Below are positions 37,652 through 49,969 of a stretch of 64,000 nt of DNA, in pieces; position 1 is the stretch's first letter; each line of letters starts with the position of its first letter. This DNA is from Eremomyces bilateralis CBS 781.70 (taxonomy: Eukaryota). Made by a program: the position numbers and the translations under genes. The notes beneath the pieces were generated by a model, which was given only the letters and a program-made list of their open reading frames with translations, was not told where the DNA came from and made no database searches. The DNA is taken from NCBI GenBank assembly GCA_010015585.1, contig ML975162.1; one strand, written 5' to 3'.

Positions 37652-40600
37652 GATGAAAGATTGCCTGGGGAAGTGGTCTAGACTCTAGGACTTGATAATG
37701 CCCCACCTTCAGGTACTGGGGCAAGCTTCCTCAAAAAAAGTTTGTACGTGACCGCTCGCAAGATCTGCAACGCAGGCGCTTCCCCGGAGTGAAATTGGCG
37801 GTTCTGAAGTTTCGATGTGCCAGCGGAGGCACAGGATGGTCGCAGATGGATCGGATTGTGATGCGGAGAGGTACGGAAGAGCGGAGAGTGCAGGGAAGGC
37901 GCACAGGAAGTTGCAGATGAGATCGAGAGGCGATACTAGGAAGGTGTGAAAAGAGTTGGGGGTAGTGAAGAGTGAATCGGAAGGAGAGGGAAAGGTGTGA
38001 GGCGAAATCAAAGTCCCATCATGTCCACGGGGGACGCGATTGGGGAAGGGAGACGGGAAGGCCTTGTGGTCGCGGCATGGTGGAGGAGATGAAAGTGAAA
38101 GTGAAATTCCGGGAAAAGAAAGGGAGGATGATTGGGGGGAAGTGAAGTGAGAGAAAAGGTGGAAAGGTGGAAAGAGAGTATGGATGGGGGAAACGGTCCA
38201 ACGGTACGGGAAAAATTTAAGGTCGTCGTTCAACCAGAACGAGTGAAAGCAACCTGAACCGCTAAGTTAACCTGAACAGCTAACCTGAACCGCCAGTCGG
38301 ACGCCGTCGTTCGTATTGATCTGGAAAATTACATTCTAGGCTCTGGAGCCGCCACATGCTTTCCCTTCCTTTGCAGTAAATACTATTAATAATACCTTAT
38401 TGGAGTATGTACATATGTACTATGATCACTCTAACTCCGCCGGTATTACGCTGGTATTATCAACTTCCCCTTTCACTCCTCTGCCACTGCCACTGCCACT
38501 TCCGCTTCCACTTTCACCTCCAACACTTCCATGCTTCCATCATACAGGGAGGCTGGGTATTATGATCTGCCTGGTAACGATACAGGCTGAGCCCAAGGCT
38601 CCAGCTCCCTTTCCGTCCGGCTACAGTAAACTGAGTAGCAGTCCCCCCATAAGAGTCCCCTCCCCATAGGAGCCCAATTGTGACATCTGCAACACGTTGA
38701 TTAGACTCGAGGCCACCAACCACTGTTTGAAAATCTCCAATCATTTCCCTTCTCCCACTCTCCAACCCAGTCCAAGCGGGGTGGATGCAGAGAGCGAAAA
38801 CGGACGATGCAGGTCTTCCAGAAGATCATCAACAGCTCCCTAGAATAGTGATGTGAGGTAACCCTCCGTTTGCTGTTCCCTGCAGCTCTGATCTCATCGG
38901 ATTTCCGCTCTGCCAGGTCGGCCTTCCCTGTCATCTTGCTTGAAACATGCGGTTGCCTCAAAATGATGCTGCGTGAAATGAGAAATTATTTGTCTGACCA
39001 CCGATATCTGCTACAGTGTGACTGTCACTTCCACTTTGCCTAATTTCCGGAACGACCAATTGCTTATGTTGGAATACTTCGTCTCTACTTTTTGTTCTTG
39101 ACTCATACTAACCTGACCTTGACCTTCCTGCGTACATCGGAATGGCGTTCTTTCCAGCCCCTCGTGGGTTATTGCCTAGTTCCGAGGGAACCATGTTGGT
39201 GATCGCGTGCCCTCGGCCATACAGCACCGGTAACAACTAAACGTTCTAGTAATTAGGCCATTCGTCCAGACGGGACTAGGATAGGAAGTTCTACAGCCAA
39301 GCGGACATGCATGGTGTCCGGATATTTGAGACAATGGGTGGGATGCATCTGCATTGCATGTATCGCTTTAGGCGAGGAAACTCATCCATGTCTATATATC
39401 TCCACGCAGTATTTTTTGGGGGAAAGCACGGTATTGCTACCTATGATCGCAGTGATGACATCCTTTGCTTCTCAAGGAGCTTTCCCTCTCAAGGAACTGA
39501 TGGGCAAATAGGCAATAAAGGCCAGCAATTGAGCAGCTAGTGTGTAGGTATACTCTTCCGCTTATCTGATTTTCGATCCTCAAACTATCTCGACCGATTT
39601 GACCCCTCCAATCGTTTCTTACTGCGCATGGGAGTAACATTTCAGCTGTATGCTGCGTCAGTGACCCCACGCTATCGTATTACACACCTCACCTGTGCGA
39701 AATACTTAGGTACGTCCGACTCCGTCGACTTATTCCTTGGGCACCCTCCACGTGGTAAACCCATGGATTTTGATAGGCTCCTTCCGCCTTGCAAGCAAGT
39801 CGATTTTTTGAAAATTCAACCTCCAAAATGCGGGGTTCGTGGGATGTTGGAGGTTGATCTGCAATACGAAACTCAAAACTCAACGAGAGTAGACTCCGTG
39901 AATCCGATAGATAATACGTTATTACGCCCGTCCGTAAGGTACCTCTGCACTCTGCAGCGAAAGGTGATTATACAGCACCATCGATCTCGGGCCGGGACGG
40001 GACTGATCACTGACATCGTCTCTAATCCCAAGACATCCATGACATTGCTCTCGAGTCTCAACGTTGCCTTCCTCCAGATCAGGCTGACTTTCCCGCATCA
40101 CGCGCTCGAACGTGCATCTGGCATTTCGATCCCACAGATCCGGATGCCAGAAACGACGATGCCTTGCATATCGACTTCGCTGCACGTCCATTCATGTTGG
40201 GGTAGTACCCTTTCCCTGGATTTCACCGCTTCTCTGGAGTCATGCTAACGCGACCGACCGCTATTTTGCCACCGGGGAATATCCGCATTGTTCTCTAAGT
40301 ATCAGTAGTCGTTACACCGCCCGACTCGACGTCCGGTAGTACTCGTCGGGTGTCTTTGTCCGAGGAACGAGGCTAGTTCGAGGGACTTGGATCCGACTCC
40401 TCCCTGGAGTCGAGAAGGGACCCTCCGAACTAACTACTCCCTGGAAAGACATCGTGAAATGAGAATGTCCAGGAAACGGGTCGGTCCTATTCCCTTGAGC
40501 CGATTGGCAACCTGATGCATTAGTGTCCGTCGTTGAGAGTCTACACATGCATACCACGAATTTGACCCATGCTTGGGGAAGTTGGATGAAGGGTTTCCCC

Positions 40601-41283
40601 GAGCGGGTCGGATTTGTTTTTCGAAAGATTTAATGCCTGACTGACCGTATTGATGCCCGCCAACATCGTTCTTCAAGAATGGTGATGCACTCTTCATCTC
40701 GGTCTTGAGCCTGGCAGATGCCATGGCGATCTTTCATAGCTCCGTAGCGCGCGCTACGGTACAGAGTCGCCATCGGAAGACAAGGTGGGTTCTATCACTA
40801 ACGCAGCGTCCCGAGATGTTCCTGTGGTGATTGATTCGATATTACAGCATGCCTGAAATGGAACCGAATCAGTTGAACTGAACAAATGAACATGAAGTGT
40901 AATGCCTCTCAGGCATCAACGGGCCTTCAAGATGTATCACGTGATGAGCTCTATACTAGTCACGTGCGTTCAGACGATGTTGAACTCAACCGTATCATCA
41001 GGAATACAGCTGACCGTCAGTGTAGTAATGACCAATCTTCATATGAATATACTGGTATTAAGGATCTAGAGGGATGCTTTTACCTCGAAATGACTGCCAC
41101 GATATAATACAGAGTTGGAAATCACGGATTGCTGTCGTAGCCTGACCACTGTCAACTCTGTTTACCTGAAGTGTCCTTTTACCCCCGGATCATGACTAGA
41201 CCTCTCCACCGCCCTCGTCATTAGAGTTTCTGAATACTGTACCCAACTCTACTTTAATTATTCTCTGGACTGTTCGAACGACG

Positions 41284-43385
41284 ATGGATACCAGCGAACC
41301 GATATCACTCCTTTCTCCTATCGGTGAGTCACCCTTTCCATTACTTTCGCACTACCTCTCTGGATGGGGCAGCCAATATGCTTTAGTATAAGGTAACAGA
41401 GGGATGGGCAGTGGCTCGTATATAAGGACGATCACAAACAAAATGTACTGTATCCGAAAGCCAGTTCGGCAGACTGTGGTACTATTTCGAAACTGTTGGC
41501 AGACGACATCAAAACCAGAACTCTTTGTAATCAGATGATAAGAATTTACTAACATGTGGCATCTGGTGTAGGCTATCATACGGGTTCTTGCGGATATTGC
41601 AAAGGTTATTCTTCAAGTCAGCGAACCCCCGATTCCCGTGCGTTGGCACCACCCCGTGTTCTTTTTCCTACCCCCCACCCCATTTCGAAGAGTCATATCA
41701 CCAAATCTCTCACTGATACACTGCCACTGATCCCCTGGTGAGACACTTGGTGTCTCCTGAATCAAATGAAAACCCAGGGGACCTGGTAGCCAGGACTTCA
41801 TTCGCTCATTGGCCTTTGGCCTTAGATCCGTAATTGGCTGGTAGTTATTTGCTATTTATGCCGGTCTAGACTATTCTCTCCTCGTTCATGTCATCAAGTG
41901 GGAAGTTATGGAAGTATCCAGGGGGTCGCTTACACAATCACAGGTGGATCGTACTATGTGAAGGCGAAATCAATTTCTGCCGCTGATTACCAGAGTCTCC
42001 TCCATAGGGGTTGGCGTAGGTAAGATAATTTTATCATCCGAACGTCTAGCCCATCTTTAGATGTAGGGGACCACTGGAACGCCTTTCTAATCTCCATTGT
42101 AGATCGGGTAATCTCCTGTATGTGCCAGATGCACGCCACTCGTGCTGTCCGCATCATACGCTTCGCCTACCGGTCAAAAAATACAAGGCGTCGCGCGATC
42201 ATCGGCAGACGCTAAACAGATGGAACCGCTTTATTCTGGGCGAAGAGTATGAGAAAGAGGCTGCACGGCTGCAGCCAAAGTCGAAACAGTAATAGCTTCC
42301 ATCCCACCCCCTTTTTATTGATTACCCCTATTCCTATGCTGAACTAACGGACGGTTCTAGAGACAAGTCGAAGCAGCACCAAGGGTTCGACTTGGTTTAC
42401 ACTATACATGCCACGGAATATGCTAGCCTCCCCGAGACGCCCGAGCCCAGTCATCGCTTCGAAGTGACACTGGAATCAAACACCTTTACTGAAGTGAAGT
42501 ACCTCCTGTACGAGCAGTATCAGCGGCATGTGCATCAGGAAGAGCCCTCCGAGATCTCCCGCGACGGCTTCATACGCTTCCTCTGCACTTCTCCGCTCAA
42601 GGCACCTTCGACGTCACATCCAGCCTCACACTCTGGGGATCAACATTCGCTCGCATCGAAACCTGCGCAACGATTGGGTAGTTATCACGCCTGCTACTGG
42701 GTGGATGGAAGGCTCATTGCACTTGGTGTCTTGGATTTCCTTCCCCAAGGGATTAGCTCTGTCTATTTCTTGTATCACCCTGACTTTTCAAAGTGGAGCC
42801 TTGGCAAAGTCGGTGCTTTGAGAGAAATAGCCATGACTCTTGAGGAAGGGCTAGAATATTACTACATGGGTTACATCATTTGGAGTTGTGACAAGATGCG
42901 TTACAAGGCAGACTACAAGCCGCAGGAGGTCATGATGTGGAGGACAGGAGGTTGGAGGGAGATGGCTGACGCGCAGGGAATCAAGGACGCAGAAACTCAG
43001 CAAGCGAAGATCGGAAACGTGGAGGGAAAGAAGGGATTCGATTCTCCCATCCTAGCCTGCGAGGCTCTGGAAGAAGGGCCGCTGTCACTTTTCGAGATGG
43101 ACTTCCCAGGCATGATGACCGCGGATGAGGTGCAGGAGAAGGTCGACATGGGCAAGATCCACGTTCGACTACCTTACCAGAATCAGCGCCTGGTGGTGGA
43201 CGCGGAGGCATGTATAAACCGAATATCCCTTGGAATATTGCGCTGACCCCATGTAGGATCTGGCCACCTGGGAGAGTAGCGACATGCTGGATCGCTCGTC
43301 GATAAAAGGCATCATCGGAGAAATGGCCGCGCTCGTGGGCCCGGAGGTCGCAAAGAACATGGTTGTAGACTTCACAGCAGGCTAA
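41284..43385 (+). CDS. ATE1: Arginyl-tRNA--protein transferase
   Basis: GYHTGSCGYCK, YQSLLHRGWRRSG, SCCPHHTLRL, YQRHVHQE, GSYHACYWVDGRLIALGVLD, SSVYFLYHPD, YYYMGYI..KMRYKADYKP. Five introns, the first two long (41324-41571, 41638-41943). Confidence 0.95.
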
Positions 43386-43677
43386 ACATTTCACATGTCC
43401 ACCGTCCAGCATTCGTTAGAGAGGTGATCTAACCAACACTGATTAATACAGTAAATGACGCAGTGGATCGCAGCTGTGAAGTGTAATTTCACTGATAGTG
43501 ACTCAATCCCAGCGAGAGTCTGACATATAAAGCGCATAAAGCGTAGGCTGACATGATTGGGACGTCAAGCATATTCTACTGAGCATTTCACGAATATACC
43601 AACCGACAACAAGGACAAACTTTGCTAAACATCGAACTTGACGCAATCTTCCCGTGGAAAACGCCCGGCAGCCACAG

Positions 43678-45003
43678 ATGGATCCGTCTGGACGACGAGA
43701 CGGACGCAGTGCCAGGAAGCGCTTCTTCAACCCATACGATGACGATCACGATTTCAACGGGGACCCCTTTGGTGTCAGGCCAATGGATCCCTTTGATTTC
43801 GGACCACCGGCAATGGTCCCATTTGGCGTCGTCCCCCCTGATGCAGGACCCTATTTCATCGACCAACAAGAGTTGATAGATGGGTATTTGGACGGGAATG
43901 CACGGGCGGACTTTCTCGCAGGCGTGCTCACTGCCAAGGAGGAAGAGGAGAGGAAGCAGAAAAGGAAGGAGCGCAGGCGGAAACACTACGAACAGATGAC
44001 ACAACTTCACGACGATTTTAGACTGCGACGGGAGGATGATAGGAGGCGAGAGGAGCGGATCAAGGCGGCCCAAGCAATGCCCGCTGCGTTGCCAGCGCCG
44101 TCACCATTTGTCCTACCGTTTGCCCCTCCTCTGTTGGCCCTCGCCAATGATCCCGTCTCTACGGCCGTGCAACAACAGATCGAACACAATCAACAGATGC
44201 GGGAAGGGGAGCTTAAATTGATGCAAAATGCGCAAGAGCGGGACAAAAAGATGAACGAGCTTATGGCCGAGAGAGAAGCACTGATGAAAAAGGATCGGGC
44301 CATGCTGGAAGAGAGGGATAGTAAGGCCAGGCTTGAGGTTGAAGACGGGCTGAGGCGCGAGCGCATGCGAAACGAAGCGCTGGAACGAGAGCTAATGGAA
44401 CAGAGATTCGCTAATCCGCGACGGGTTGAGGCCCCGCCGACTGTTGCCACGCTTCCAGCCCCAGCTGCGTATCTTCAACCTTCTCAGAACTTCCAATCCT
44501 ATCCTGGAGAACCAAACCAGGCGTTTGGACAGCAGCGCTACCAGGTGCAGTTTCAAGACCAACGCCGGTGGAAAACATCATCCCCGGAAATTGAGGTTGA
44601 GGAGGTTGAAAACCCCAGCCCGGCAACCCTCCGAGCGATCCAAGGCCGACCACCCACGCCGAAACCTGTGGTTGACAATAGCGAATTGGATAAGGAATAT
44701 AAGAAGGATATTGAGGAGGCTATGAGGCAGAGCCTGAGTATGCAGGCGTCTAGCAGCTCCATGTCGCCGCATGCAGTGCCACTCCCTTCCACTGCAGAGG
44801 AGAAGAGGAAGAAACAAGAGAGGCTTGACAACCAGGGCAGGAGACCGCCGACCCCTCAGCCACGAGATCCGACCCCCCGGCCGCCGACACCGCCTCTGCA
44901 GAATGACACCGACTATGATAAAACGTTCGAAGAGGACTTCGAGAGAGCCATCCGCCTCAGCGAGCAGGAATCGGCACCGCCACCCAGGAATGATAGAGAT
45001 TAG
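43678..45003 (+). CDS. Coiled-coil, Pro-rich hypothetical protein with UIM-like motifs (C-terminally truncated by a stop)
   Basis: 441-codon ORF from ATG 43678 with charged coiled-coil segments; KKDIEEAMRQSL and EEDFERAIRLSEQE resemble ubiquitin-interacting motifs. Confidence 0.7.
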   Translation: MDPSGRRDGRSARKRFFNPYDDDHDFNGDPFGVRPMDPFDFGPPAMVPFGVVPPDAGPYFIDQQELIDGYLDGNARADFLAGVLTAKEEEERKQKRKERRRKHYEQMTQLHDDFRLRREDDRRREERIKAAQAMPAALPAPSPFVLPFAPPLLALANDPVSTAVQQQIEHNQQMREGELKLMQNAQERDKKMNELMAEREALMKKDRAMLEERDSKARLEVEDGLRRERMRNEALERELMEQRFANPRRVEAPPTVATLPAPAAYLQPSQNFQSYPGEPNQAFGQQRYQVQFQDQRRWKTSSPEIEVEEVENPSPATLRAIQGRPPTPKPVVDNSELDKEYKKDIEEAMRQSLSMQASSSSMSPHAVPLPSTAEEKRKKQERLDNQGRRPPTPQPRDPTPRPPTPPLQNDTDYDKTFEEDFERAIRLSEQESAPPPRNDRD

Positions 45004-45546
45004 GAAGAGGAGGATGAACACAAGCAAGTCCTGCGTCTCAGCAAGGAGGAATCCGCATTACCGCCAAAGAATAACAGAGTTCAGGAAGAGGAAGATGAAC
45101 TCGAGTGAGTCCTTCGTCTCAGCAAGGAGTGTGCCTTGCCCGCAAGCAAACCCAGCACCGAGGGACAGACTGAGATCGAGAATGCCATTAGCCTCAGCCT
45201 TGCGGAATCCGGCGCGAGGCCGGGAATGGCGACTCCTTCCGTCGCCCCGAAGCAGGATTCTGCGGCGGCGGAAAAAGACTAACTTCAGGTTCGCTACGAC
45301 GCCGCTGGTCCTTCAAAGGCAGGACCAAGCTCGGCGAGTTCGGCAGCAGGGCGAAGTCGAGGAATGAGCGCCAGCGAAGAGAAGGAGAGGTTGAAGAGGG
45401 TATATTGGCCTCCAAGAGGTGGTTCGAGTAGCAATCCAGGTGGAGGATCAAGCGGAAGAGGAGGTGGGGGCGGCGGCTCTGGGACACCTAGGAAGGGGAA
45501 GCAGACTGACGCTCCTCCTCCCAACTATGATGATCTTTTCCAATAG
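45004..45546 (+). pseudogene. In-frame continuation of the UIM-repeat gene beyond three stop codons
   Basis: The same frame continues EEEDEHKQVLRLSKEE, EEEDELE*VLRLSKE, QTEIENAISLSLAE ... DAPPPNYDDLFQ*. Stops at 45001, 45106 and 45280. Confidence 0.75.
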
Positions 45547-45593
45547 GAACACTCTCAGTTCAGTAAGGGGAGAATTTTGTCATCAGGTTTCAA

Positions 45594-46871
45594 TCATTCA
45601 TTCCAGAATACAGTTCCCTCCATGACTCTTCGTGCCGTTCTGAAGACTGATGCCGATTCGATATCTCCGTTTGTGCCCCGGCTTGCACTGACTTGAATGC
45701 GACCGCTCGGATGGCCCATCGTTATCATGCCTGTAGAGAGCTGCTCTCTTCGCAGTACTTCATTCACGATCGTCCCCGGGATTTTAGCCGCGGCGGCGGT
45801 GCATAGTGCTCCCGTCAGTGGGATTGCCCTGTGCGGTTGGGAATCCGATATGAAGCGGACCACCAGGTCCAATGAAGCGCCATCCACTGTTTCCCCTGAC
45901 AGCGTGGTCTGCGTGACTGGAGGCGAAACGATCGCGATCTTGGGTATTACGCGAGGAGGCTCTTCACCCGGTTTACAAAGCCCCATCATTTCGGCGCCCT
46001 TGCCTCGGATCCGCTCCAGTAGCGCCCGCTTCTCCGTGAGCTGGTTGAACTCGTGCGGCAGGATCGTTGGGTCGATTCCAACATCTTCCGCCTTGACGAA
46101 TATACCTGGATTCGCTGCATCCACACAGCTGGTGCGAACGCCTTCAATCGTGTCTGTCGCTTTGCCAGTGGGAAGCAGTTTACCGGTTTTAGAGCCGCCA
46201 GGTCGCAGGAATTCTAGGTTGATCTTCGATCCACTTCCGCCTACGCCATCGATCATGAAATCGCCCACTGCCTTAGCTTCGCCCCCTTCTACTTCGAACG
46301 TACTCCTGATCACCACCCCCGTATTCGTATTGTAAATTCTGACCACCACCTCCCCTTTCCGCTCCAGATACACATTCTCCTCCAATCCTAATAGTCGATG
46401 ATCGAATGCATACGGCCCCACCGCCGCCGACATATTCCCGCAGTTCCCTGCCACGTCCGTCTCGGTACCCTCGATCCCTATCCCCACGAAGGTATAGTCC
46501 ACGTCGACGCCTTCGCGGGCGGACTTGGCAACGATACAGACCTTGGACAGGGACGAGACTCCAGCGCCCATGCCGTTGAGCTGTCGGCCGTTGGGGTCCG
46601 GGGATCCCATGGCGGAAAGGAACAGTTGGGGCCACCGGGAGCGGTCAGCGGGGAGGTCGGCGGGCTGGAAGATCAGGGCGCGAGAGGTGCCGCCGCGATA
46701 GTAGGAGGCTCGTATAGAGCGCTGAGGGAAGGAGGATGTTGAGGAAGAGGAGAAGGAGGAGGAGGAGGAGGAGGAAGACATGGCGATGCAGGTGGGGAAC
46801 AGCAATCGAGCGCAACTTCTATGTCTGGTTATGCTATTGAGGCGGGACAGGCGGATGGAGGAAGTCGCCAT
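45594..46871 (-). CDS. PrpF-family (aconitate/methylaconitate isomerase, diaminopimelate-epimerase fold) protein
   Basis: YRGGTSRAL, MGSPDPNGRQLNGMG..SSLSKV, GNCGNM, LLPTG, VDAANP, HRAIPLTG, HPSG, RTARRVMEG. Intronless; start uncertain (46904, 46871 or ~46781). Confidence 0.93.
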   Translation of the reverse strand: MATSSIRLSRLNSITRHRSCARLLFPTCIAMSSSSSSSSFSSSSTSSFPQRSIRASYYRGGTSRALIFQPADLPADRSRWPQLFLSAMGSPDPNGRQLNGMGAGVSSLSKVCIVAKSAREGVDVDYTFVGIGIEGTETDVAGNCGNMSAAVGPYAFDHRLLGLEENVYLERKGEVVVRIYNTNTGVVIRSTFEVEGGEAKAVGDFMIDGVGGSGSKINLEFLRPGGSKTGKLLPTGKATDTIEGVRTSCVDAANPGIFVKAEDVGIDPTILPHEFNQLTEKRALLERIRGKGAEMMGLCKPGEEPPRVIPKIAIVSPPVTQTTLSGETVDGASLDLVVRFISDSQPHRAIPLTGALCTAAAAKIPGTIVNEVLRREQLSTGMITMGHPSGRIQVSASRGTNGDIESASVFRTARRVMEGTVFWNE

Positions 46872-47298
46872 TGAGCACCTGCCCATAACGAGAGGGACTG
46901 TCATTGCTTGTGTATATTACGTAAGTTACGCATTCCTATTTGCTCTCATATAGTACGATGGAAGTGCGATAGACAGCTCAGTTTCTATGCAATTATAGAA
47001 GAGAAAATGGCATCAGATCAGAAGGAAGGTGAAGGAAATACGGAACAGAAGCGGCACAAAACTGAGGTTCTTCGGCATTGGGGACTTAGCTGTCAGGGAG
47101 TCAGGGTGGATGCCGAGCATGGCCAAGCCGGAAAAGCAGCCGATTCTACGCCGATCCGCGAAATCATCAACGACACAGGAAGACATCTTTTGCCAATTGC
47201 TAGAATCCTAAGATTTTCCCCCAAGCATAAATCTAGCTATTTCACGACTCACCCCCATTAACCCCTTCAGATCCTTCCATCCATTTCAATCCATCATC

Positions 47299-48186
47299 AT
47301 GTTAGCCAAAACTCTCCTACCGAAGACTCGAGTCGTCACATCCGCCACCTCATATTCTCTTGCACTCCCCCGGTTACGACATGCTTCGACCGCCATCAGA
47401 CCATCCATAGCTGCTTCATTAGCGGGTTCCCGACCAACTCAGCCGCTACGGAGATGGTACTCCGAGCAACCCGAAGCAAAGAAGGAGGAGGCGAAGTCAG
47501 ACGGTAATGGTGCGGCACCAGCTCCTGAAGAGGCGTTGAAGAAAGAGTTGGAGACAAAGGACAAGGAGATCGTGGGCCTGAAGGTATACACACGAAATCC
47601 AGCTTTCTAGCAGCTAAGTGGCGTTAACATCAGAAAACAGGACAAATACATGCGCAGCGTCGCCGACTTCCGCAACCTGCAGGAACGCACCAAGCGAGAA
47701 GTCCAAGCCGCCCGTGACTTCGCCCTGCAGCGCTTCTCCAAAGACCTCATCGAGAGCATCGACAACCTCGACCGTGCCCTGCATACTATCGCCTCCGAGA
47801 AGCTCAACACTCCCGCCGTCGCGAAGTTCTCCGCGGAGGAGATCGCCAAGTTCGCCGAGAACACGCACCAGGATCTGCAGACGCTGCACTCCGGGCTGAA
47901 GATGACGGAGACGGTGCTAATGCAGACGCTGGAGAAGCATGGGCTGGTGCGGTTCGATCCATCGGAATTGGGGGAGCGGTTCGATCCGAATAAGCATGAG
48001 GCAACGTTCCAGGCGCCACAGCCGGATAAAGAGGATGGGAGCGTGTTCCATACGCAGCAGAAGGGATATTTGTTGAATGGACGCATTTTGCGGGTGAGTC
48101 ACGTCGCGATGAAACTATCGTCTTCAATTACTGGTGATGCTAACTGTTGATAGGCGGCCAAGGTTGGTGTGGTCAAGAACTCATAA
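47299..48186 (+). CDS. MGE1: Mitochondrial GrpE nucleotide exchange factor
   Basis: Presequence-like N-terminus; KDKYMRSVADFRNLQERTKRE, DLIESIDNLDRAL, FDPNKHEA, KGYLLNGRILRAAKVGVVKNS. Introns ~47584-47640 and ~48094-48153. Confidence 0.96.
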
Positions 48187-48736
48187 CCTAGTCCCAGCCG
48201 GGGCGATGGGTTTCCTAAGGAGGAATATCTCCTGTTATTGGTTTCGAATATGTATAACTCACTGCTTGCATTCTGTATGAAGTTCGGCATGGCGATTTGC
48301 ACCTCCAAAGGCATACTCTTGGGGAGAGATGCAGCATAAAAGGCGCATGACATCTTGTATAAATATTTCCACTCTACAAAAACACGGCGAAGGTCGGGAT
48401 AGGCTGAATGGGCCGTTTTGATAATATAATTATCCTGGAAAGAGGTCTGGGACTCTCGATGGATTTTGGCAACGTTGATCTGAAGGGATATATGGTCAAG
48501 TTTGATCATTAATTGTAACTTTCATTTGCCTACGGTATTATCCTCTGCCTATCGAGTGAAGTCCTCAACTTTTGGGTTGCTGTGTCTTGAAACTGCAACC
48601 CAAAATGCAAAGTTCTCAAGTATACCGCATCTATGCGCCCAAATGCCCCCCATTTCCTTCCATTGAAATATCCGATAACTCCGAGCAATGCACGCGCTGG
48701 TAAGGAACGATCATATCCAAATCCACTCCAAATGCC

Positions 48737-49834
48737 TCATCTCCGATATCCCGAGCCGTAAGGAGTTTGAGCACCATATGGAGTTGCGCCACCGATCCCA
48801 CCACCCCAAGCGCTTTGCCCACCAAAGTTTCCTGGCGTCTGATATCCAGGGTCGCCGTATGCCGTGTTTCCTCCGTAGGCGGTCGTGGCACCGTTGATCC
48901 CGTTCATCGCGTCCGGGCTGCGAACCGCATAGTCATCGTCAGCCTCCATCGCTTCGCCGGTTCCCGTCAATTCGTGGATGACCGAGGCGAGCTTCTGCTG
49001 AAGAACTTTGATGCCTTGTTGGACGATTGTATCGGGTTCGAGGCCACCGACCGTTTCGACGTTGAAGTAGAAGAGCGAGGCGACCGCGTTGAAGTCGAAC
49101 GGCTCGCCTTCTTGCGCGGGATCTTCAAGTTTTGCGTTCTCGGACAGTGGCCTACGAGATAATCAGTGAGACGTCCAATTTGCAGCGGATGAGGCGCAGC
49201 TCCTGCGCAGGACATACCATTCTCTTGAGGCATCCTCCTCATACCAATAGTCCAAATGCCGCAACTTATTGTGAGGGTCGTATTCGAACCCAACCGCCGC
49301 CGTCGGTGCCCACTTCGCATGCTCCTTCGCAATCCCCTTCTTCGCAATACACCGCATCCGGATCTCCTGCCCCTTCCCCAGTTTGCAAATGATGCTCCCT
49401 TTCGCCTCCGGATCCATGATGACCGGCCGCCCGACCCACTCGTTAACCGCCCCCTCGTTCCGCACCAGGTCGCGCGCGTACACCGTCATCGTCTCCTCAC
49501 GGTTGCACTTCGCCTCGAGGCTCAGCGTGACGCTGCACTGGTCGCAGTACTGCTCGCAGTCGCAGTCGCGCGTGTACAGCACGTCGTCCACGTTGCGGGC
49601 GTTCAGCGGGATCAGCCCCAGGCGGTGCGCGATGTATTCGTCCGGAAGGACGGAGGTGTTCAGGTCGACTTCGACGAGGTCAATCGCCATCGTCGGCACC
49701 TCGCCGAGCACGACGCGCCGGACGGAGTTGGCCAGACTAAGGTCGACATTCTTCAGGATGAAATCCACGGCGATCGGGGTGGCTTCGCGGATGGTGACGG
49801 TCGGGCCGATATCGCCGTCGAGATCGAAATCCAT
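48737..49834 (-). CDS. RPB3: RNA polymerase II subunit RPB3
   Basis: LANSVRRVVLGEVPTMAIDLVEV, VLPDEYIAHRLGLIPL, CDC..C..C, KKGIAKEHAKWAP, FEYDPHNKLRH. Intron 49217-49152; Gly/TPY-rich fungal C-tail. Confidence 0.97.
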
Positions 49835-49943
49835 GGTTGACTTTTATGCCCGGCAGGAATGAGTGATGCCGAGTGCGAAACAGATGGCGAGATTCATATT
49901 ATGTCGCGATGTCGAGGGTCGAAACAATTCTAGAATCCGCGCA

Positions 49944-49969
49944 GTCACGTGAATCTCCTCCTCCACGTG
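49944..49969. promoter_or_regulatory. Two E-boxes (GTCACGTGA and CACGTG) upstream of RPB3
   Basis: Seen directly 110-135 bp upstream of the ATG; bHLH (Cbf1-type) consensus. Confidence 0.45.

Noticed and set aside
41731..41796. Hammerhead ribozyme or TPP riboswitch call for the ATE1 intron hairpin
   Set aside because: There is no CUGANGA-stem II-GAAA arrangement and no TPP aptamer core. Kept only as an unnamed structure.
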